DNA of 64,000 bases from the human T2T-CHM13v2.0 reference genome, Homo sapiens. The number at the start of each line of letters is the position of its first letter. Positions within the stretch are counted from its first letter, which is position 1. The translations under genes and the position numbers were made by a program. Location of the stretch: assembly GCF_009914755.1 (NCBI RefSeq), contig NC_060948.1. One strand, given 5' to 3'. Below, piece after piece: positions 53,487-64,000 of the stretch. Under the pieces are notes generated by a model, which was not told the origin of the DNA, did no database searches, and saw only the letters and a program-made list of their open reading frames with translations.

Positions 53487-53504
53487 TGGTTCCCTGACCG
53501 GGAA
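53487..53504 (+). promoter_or_regulatory. Primer binding site, tRNA-Glu
   Basis: tggttccctgaccgggaa directly after the LTR. Confidence 0.9.
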
Positions 53505-56249
53505 ACATGATAACTGACAGACGGCCGAGGCAGCCCCTTAGGCCTGCCCTGCGGAGCATCCCTGCAGGGGACTCCGGCCAGCCTGAGTGACGCAATCCAA
53601 AGAGCGCTCCCGGGAAAGAAATTGCCTGGGTGGAACGCCTAGCCAAAGCAGCGCGTAGCAGGCCCCTGCAGAGGATCAGCACAGTGGCTGAACACCAGGA
53701 AGGAACTGGCACTTGGAGTCTGGACATCTGAAACTTGGTAAGACTAGTCTTTGGAACTTGCCACACTCCACCTGAGTGGAAGCGTGGCCTCATCACCCAT
53801 GGTGTGCCTGTATTAGCACTTTTGTTCCGGTTTTGACTTGGCTTGACTTGGTAAGACCAGTCTTTGGAACCTGCCCCATTCCATCGGAGTGGAAGCATGG
53901 CCTGATCACCCATGGAGTGCCTGCATTGGCACTTTTGTTCTGGTTTTGACTTGAGTTAGATTGCATGATACTTTGGTTTTGGTTCTGATCTGGCTTGGAT
54001 TTCTAGATACTCTGATTTTGGTTTTGATTTTGGTTTGGTGTAAACTGCAAAAGTGTGTGTGTGCCCTTTTTACCTGTTCTTTGTTTTGTGGTGTGCATGT
54101 GGTGTCAGCTTAGTGTTTTGTCTTGAAGAAGCATAGGCCAGGCACAAATAAGACCACCCCACTAGGAACTATGTTAAAAAAATTTTCAAGAAAGAATTTA
54201 AAGGAGATTACGGTGTTACTGTGACACTAGGAAAACTTAGAACTTTGTGTGAAATAGACTGGCCAGCATTAGAGGTGGGTTGGCCATCAGAAGGAAGCTT
54301 GGACAGGTAGGTCCCTTGTTTCAAAGGTATGACACAAGGTAACCTGTAAGCCAAGGCACCCAGACCAGTTTCCGTACATAGACAGTTACAGCTGGTTTTA
54401 GACCCACTTCCCCGGCCCCTAACAGTAGTTAAGAGAACAGCAGCATAAGCGGCTGGCAGAGGCAAGGAAAAACCAGCAGAGAGAAAACGAGGCCATCTAT
54501 ATCAATTCTAAGTTAATTTAGACTAAACAAGGTCTAGCAAAAGATAATTAAAATCTCAAACTTACAAGGTTTTCAGTAAAAGTGAAGTTTGCTAAAAGTT
54601 AACAGTATAACGTATCATGGTAACTTCTAATCTTGTGGCCTTAGACAGTCTAGTCCAAAGACATAAAGAAAGTTTGCTTTGAAAAAAAGGGGTGGAGGCA
54701 GAATTTATGTAAGAAGAGTGTTATATACTAAATTCTTGTCCCGAAATAAATTAACTGGCTGTTTAAAGAAAAAAAAAGTTTGTAATAAGTGAAAGTTGAG
54801 ACATGTTGAAAAATTGTCTGTGAAAGTTGTGAAAGACAAAAAAGTTATAAAAAAATTTTTATGCAAAAAATGTTGTATAATTTAAAAGTAATAAGGCCTC
54901 CTGAGTACTACTGAAGAAACAGTTTATGTGCAAGGTGTATAAAAAAAGTAAAATATACCTTTAGTAAAAAGATTAAAAGGAGGCATAAGAATGTAGATTT
55001 TTACCTACATTAAAAGGTTAAAAAAATTATTGTTTTGAAAGTTTAAGCAAGTTTTAAAATGTTAATTATAAAAAAAATTCTGTGTGTAACCATATTAGCT
55101 AAAGTTAAAAAAGTATCATCCAGTTTCTCTGTGAACTACACATTAAAGTAAAAATGCAACAGGTTTCTCTTAAAGCATCAACCTGCTCTTTAACAAAAAT
55201 TATAAAAGGTTAAAAAGAGTCTATAAAATCTTACCTTATGGTCAAACATAAAAAATTGGATAAATATGTCTACAAGGTTTTATTAAAATTAAGTTTAACA
55301 TTAACACACTAATATAAAGGTAAAATTCAGCTTATCTGGTATAAAAGTCATACAAGAAGCATTATTAAATATAAAATGGTGTTTAGCTTTCTTTGGTCTA
55401 AAAACTAATAAAAATAGGTGCTAAAGGAAACATTCATTTTACTAGAGGATCATAGAAGTTAAAGACTTAAAATGAACTTTGGCAATTAAGACAGCATACC
55501 AAGATGCAAATGCCTAGCTGAAATAGATCAAATATTCCATCTGCACATTAAACAAAAGCAGTTGTTATGCTTGTGCACATGGTAGGCCAGAGGCCCTGAT
55601 TGTCCCCCTTCCGCTAAGGTGGTCCTCCAGTCGACCAGGTGTGGGCTGCATGGTAGCTCTTTTACAGAATTCTACAGCCTGGAGTAATAAGTCATGCCAA
55701 GCTCTCTCTGCTATATCCCAGAATCCCTGCGGGTCTGCCCCTGAGGGCCATCCAGCTTCTGTCTCCCAACACTAAGTTCACTTCTTGTCTCTCATGGCAA
55801 GGAGGAGACTTAGCATTCCTTGGAGACCTGAAGGGATGCAGTGAGCTTAACAATTTTCAAGAGCTTATCAATCAGTCACCCCTTGTTCAACCCTCAGTGG
55901 ATGTGTAGTGATATTGTGGTGGACCTTTACTGGGCACTCTGCTGAATAACTAGAGTGGCACTTGTGCATTAGTCCATTTAGCTATCCCTTTTACCCTGGC
56001 ATTTAATCAACCAGAGGGAAAAAAAAATAAGACATCATAAAGCGAGAGAAGCCCCTTATAAGTCTTTCAACTCTCGCATCTATTTAGATGCAATTAGAGC
56101 CCTGCAAAAAATACCAGATCAATTTAAAGCTTGAAATCAAATAGTTACAGTATTTAAGTCAATATTTTAATAGATGACAGTCGATAAAAACGTAAATTAG
56201 ATAAACTACATCTTTTACAACAAACAGCAACAAGCTTTTCACGAGTTAA

Positions 56250-56790
56250 AAAGAGGAACTCATGTCAGCCCCAGCCCTGAGGCTACCTGACCTGACAAAA
56301 CTCTTTACACAGTATGTGTCAGAAAGAGAAAAAATGGCAGTTGGAGTTTTAACCCAGACTGTAGGGTCCTGGCCAAGGCCAGTGGCCTACCTCTCAAAAC
56401 AACTAGATAGGGTTTCCAAAGGCTGGCCCCCATGTCCAAAGGCCCTGGTAGCAACGGTCCTGTTAGCATAAGAAGCAAATAAGCTAACTCTTAGGCAAAA
56501 CCTAAAGTTCCCCCATGCTGTAGTGATTTTAATAAATACCAAAGGACACCATTAGCTAATGAATGCTAGACTAACTAGATACCAAAGCTTGCTCTGTGAA
56601 AATGCCCGCATAATCACTGAAGTTTGCAACACCCTAAACCCCGCCACCTTGCTCCTGGTATCAGAGAGCCCAGTTAAACATAACTGTGTAAAAGTATTGG
56701 ACTCAGTTTATTCTAGAAGGCCCAACCTGCAAGACCATCCTTAAACATCAGTAGACTAGGAGCTGTACATGGATGAGAGCAGCTTCGCCA
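56250..56790 (+). pseudogene. pol: Gammaretroviral pol remnant (RT connection to RNase H start)
   Basis: MSAPALRLPDLTKLF...WPRPVAYLSKQLDRVSKGWPPC; NARLTRYQSLL; TLNPATLL. Confidence 0.85.
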
Positions 56791-56874
56791 GTCCCTGCAA
56801 AGTGACTCTGAAAAAGACGACTAGCCCTGCTCCAGTCACACCCGGAAGCTGACTGGTCTACGCAGAGCCAAGGC

Positions 56875-59930
<3,056 letters not shown>

Positions 59931-59960
59931 TAAAAAAGTGAGATTCTCAAAGGGGGGAAA

Positions 59961-60423
59961 TGAGGGAAGAGAGAGACCCTCTCATATTGTTTTATACTCA
60001 GTACCTGTTTTAAAAAACAAAAAAGTAAAACCAAAGACAGGCAGCCTGGCGCCAGGCCCGAAACCAGGCCTGGGCCTGCCTGGCCTAAACCCCGTAGTTA
60101 AAAATCAGCTCATAACTTAGAACCAATGTTATTCATAGATTCCAGACATTGTATAGAAGAACACTGTGAAACTCCCTGCCTTGTTCTGTTTCTCTCTGTC
60201 CGTTGGTGCATGCAGCCCGTCATGTACCCCTTGCTTGCTCAAATCAACCACAACCCTTTCATGTGAAATCCTTACAGTTGTGAGCCCTTAAAAAGGACAG
60301 GAATTGCTCATGCAAGGAACTCGGATTTTAAGGCAGTAGCTTGCCAATACTCCCAGCTGAATAAAGCCCTTCCTTCTACAACTACGTCTCTGAGAAGTTT
60401 TGTCTGCGGCTCGTCCTGCTACC
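59961..60423 (+). repeat. 3' LTR (LTR2B)
   Basis: Direct repeat of 53005-53481 after the PPT; terminal CA appears as CC. Confidence 0.9.
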
Positions 60424-61268
60424 ATAACAAATCCTACGGGAGATAAATCTAAAACTGTCTCTAGACAAAGAAAGGTCATCACCTAGTAACAAGTGGGTCC
60501 ATTCAACTGGAAAGTGTAACTATCAGAAATATATCTGGCACCCCAACATCAGAGTACCTACACATATATAAAGAAAATATTGACAGATATGAAGGAGGAT
60601 GTTTATGGCAATACAAAAATATAGTAGGGGAATTCAACACCTACTTTAGAATAATGTATAAAGCACCCAGACCCACCCACCTGGCAAAAAAAAATAAAAA
60701 AAAATAAATAAAAAAAACAATAGCTGACTTGAACCAGTACTAACAGGAAAGTTTATGACTATAAGTGCCTACAGCAAAAAAGAAAAACTTCCAATGAAAC
60801 AACCTAAAAATGCATCTTAAACAAGTAGAAAAAAGGAGCAAATCAAACCAAAGTTAGAAGAAAAATAAAGATTAGAGTAGAAATAAATGAAGAAAACAAA
60901 ATAAAAGATCAATGCAACAAAAAGTTCATTTTCTAAAAGGACAATATTGACCAACTCTTAGCTAGACTAACAACAACAAAAAAAAAGCAGGAGACTCAAA
61001 TAAATACAATCAGAGAGGATAAAAGAGATATTACAACTGATAAATGTAGAATTACAAAGAATCCCTACAGGCTATTACTGGCAACTATATATACCAATAA
61101 ATTAGAAAACCTGTAAGAAACAGACACATTACATATACAATTACAACTTGCCAAGACTGAACTAAAAGAAATACAAAATCTGAACAGACCAGTAATAAGT
61201 TAACAAGAATGAAGCCATAATAAAAAGTCTCACAGAAAAGCCCAGGACCTGATGGCTTCACTGTTAAA

Positions 61269-61568
61269 GTTTTTTGTTTTTGTTTTTTTTAGGTGGAGTC
61301 TCACCCTTGCTCAGACTGGAGTGAAGTGGCATGATCTTGGCTCACCGTAACCTCTGCCTCCTGGGTTCAAGCAATTCTCCTGCCTCAGCCTCTCAAGTAG
61401 CTGGCATGATAGGCATCTGCCACTATGCCTGGCTAACTTTTGTATTTTCAGTAGTGACAGGGTTTCACCATGTTGGCCAGGCTGGTGTTGAACTCCTGAC
61501 CTCAGGCGATACACCTACCTCAGCCTCCCAAAGTGCTGGGATTACAGACGTGAGCCACCGTGGTTGGC
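61269..61568 (-). mobile_element. Alu (AluS-like)
   Basis: Antisense dimeric Alu. Confidence 0.9.
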
Positions 61569-61589
61569 CTCACTGCTGAAACTTACATA

Positions 61590-61849
61590 ATTTTTTTTTT
61601 TTTTGAGACGGAGTCTCACTCTGTTGCCAGGCTGGAGTGCAGTGGTGCGACCTTGGCTCACTGCAACCTCCGACTCCCGGGTTCAAGCGATTTCTCCTGC
61701 CTCAGCCTCCTGAGTAGCTGGGATTACAGGCACGTGCCACCATACCTGGCCAATTTTTTTATTTTTAGTAGAGCCAGGATGCTCTCCATCTCCACCCGCC
61801 TCAGCTTCCCAAAGTGCTGGGACTGCAGGTGTGAGCCACCGCCCTCGGC
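61590..61849 (-). mobile_element. Alu (AluSc-like) with internal deletions
   Basis: gagacggagtctcactctgttgccaggctggag; shortened left arm. Confidence 0.88.
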
Positions 61850-62081
61850 TGAATTTTACCAAACATTTAAAGAACTAACACCAATCCTACTCAAACTGTT
61901 CTGAAAAAGAGGAGGAAGAGATACTTCTAAACCCATTGTATGAGGCCAGTATTACTCATATATCAAAACCAGACAAAGACAATTAAAAAGAGAAAGTACT
62001 GGGCAGTATAAACACAGGCCAAAATCCTTAACAAAATATAAGCAAACCAGGTTCAAAAACACATTAAAAAGACCATTCATC

Positions 62082-62435
62082 ATACTATGCAGCCATAAAA
62101 TGGAACAAGATAATGTCCTTGCATGGACATGGAATCCATTATCCCCTGCCAACCAATGCAGGAACAGAAAACCAAACACCACATGTTCTTACTTATAAGT
62201 GGGAGCTGAACAATGTGAACACAGGGAGGGGAACAACACACACTGGGGCTTTTTGGAGGGCGTGGAGAAGGGAGAGCATCAGGAAAAATAGCTAATGCAT
62301 GCTAGGCTTAATACCAGGGTGACGGGTTGACAGTTGCAGCAGATCACCATGACACATGTTTACCTATGCAACAAACCTGCACATCCTGCACATGTACTCA
62401 AGAACTAACATAAAATAAAATAAAATAAAATAAAA
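62082..62435 (+). mobile_element. 5'-truncated L1PA 3' end with (TAAAA)n tail
   Basis: atactatgcagccataaaa...acaaacctgcacatcctgcacatgtac; attcatcat flanks both sides. Confidence 0.85.
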
Positions 62436-62873
62436 ACTATTCATCATGACCAAGTGGAATTTATCACAGGGATGCAAGGATAGTCCAATATATGCAAATC
62501 AATCAGTATATCATATCAACAGAATGAAGGACAAAACCATATGATCATTTCAAATAATTCTGAAGACACATTTGATAAAATTCAACATCCCTTCATGATA
62601 AAAACTAATGAAAAACTGGATATAGAAAGAACAGACCTTCGACATGATAAAAACCATATATTAATACAACAGACACAGCTAGTAGCACACTGAATAGGGA
62701 AAAACTGAAAGCCTTTCCTTTAAGAGCTGGAACACAACAAGGATGACCACTTTTACCACTAACAAAACTAAGAACCAGTCTTTTAAATCCATAAACAAAA
62801 CTGACAAAGAAAAAAAGAGAGAAGACTCCAACAAAATTAGAAAAGAAGACATTATAAAAGATATTCAGAAACA

Positions 62874-63204
<331 letters not shown>

Positions 63205-64000
63205 TCAGAAATATAAAGCATCAAAGGGATTATAATGAACAATAATATGGCAAAAACTAGATAATCCAGAAGATATGAACAAATTCTAAGAAACACGCTA
63301 TACCTAGCAAATCTGCATCAAGAAGAAATAGGAATGCTGAACAGACCAGTAACAAATAAGGTGCTTTAATTAGTGATTAAAATTCCCCTAACAAAGAAAA
63401 GCCCAGAACCAGATGGCTTTGTGGGTGAATTCCAATAAACATTCAAAGAAAAATACCTATTTTCCAAAAAATAGAAGAAAGAAGACTTCTAAACTCATTT
63501 TATGAGGTCAACACCACCATAATATCAATGGCAGACAAAGATGTTACAAGAAAATAAGATGATAGGCCAACATTCCTATTGAACACTGGTAGAAAAATCC
63601 TCGGTAAAATACTAACAAATAGAATTGAGCAGCATATTAAAAGGATCATAAACCCTGAAAAAGTGAATTTATCCTCGGGAAATAATAATGGTGTGACATA
63701 GGCAAATAAATGTGATATACCATACTAACAGAAAAAAAGGTAAAACTACATGATTATCTAAACAGATCTAGAAAACGCATTTGACAAAGTTCAAACTCTA
63801 TTGATATTTAAAACTTTCAACAAAATAGGTACAGAAGGAATGGATCTCATGGTTAATGCTGTATGGAAAAAGTACACAGCTAACATCATAATCACTGTGG
63901 GCAGAAATGAAAAGCTTTCCTCCTAAACCCTAAGTAAGAATGCTCATTCTTGGCATCTGTTTAGAATCTAATACTGTATGTTGTAGCCAGACAATTAGAT

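Overview
Primate, almost certainly human, Y-chromosome euchromatin. The window holds the 3' end of UTY/KDM6C on the minus strand: three coding exons at 31109-30983, 21892-21722 and 20587-20561 encode the C-terminal zinc-binding domain ending ...DQFTLALSLSSSS*, followed by an AT-rich 3' UTR. The next upstream exon is not recognisable in the window, so everything right of 31110 is probably one large intron. Most of the rest is interspersed repeat: about 25 Alus (one a near-perfect AluYa5), several old L1s, a near full-length L1PA7/8-like element, a two-LTR HERV-K(HML-3)/MER9 provirus (23232-30070) and a two-LTR LTR2B HERV-E/Harlequin-type provirus (53005-60423). There are two processed pseudogenes, DPPA2-like (about 1553-2145) and PSMA6 (57271-58255, nested in the env of the LTR2B provirus). 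I see no novel multi-gene system. The best leads are: an LTR-derived in-frame alternative terminal exon for UTY with an internal poly(A) signal; an inverted Alu pair, one member AluYa5, around an in-frame zinc-domain exon; APOBEC-like G-to-A hypermutation of the LTR2B provirus that spares the embedded retrocopy; and a 22-nt Alu head bridging a deletion in L1 ORF2. Repeat subfamily names come from recalled consensus sequences, and repeat boundaries are approximate unless a TSD or terminal motif is quoted.
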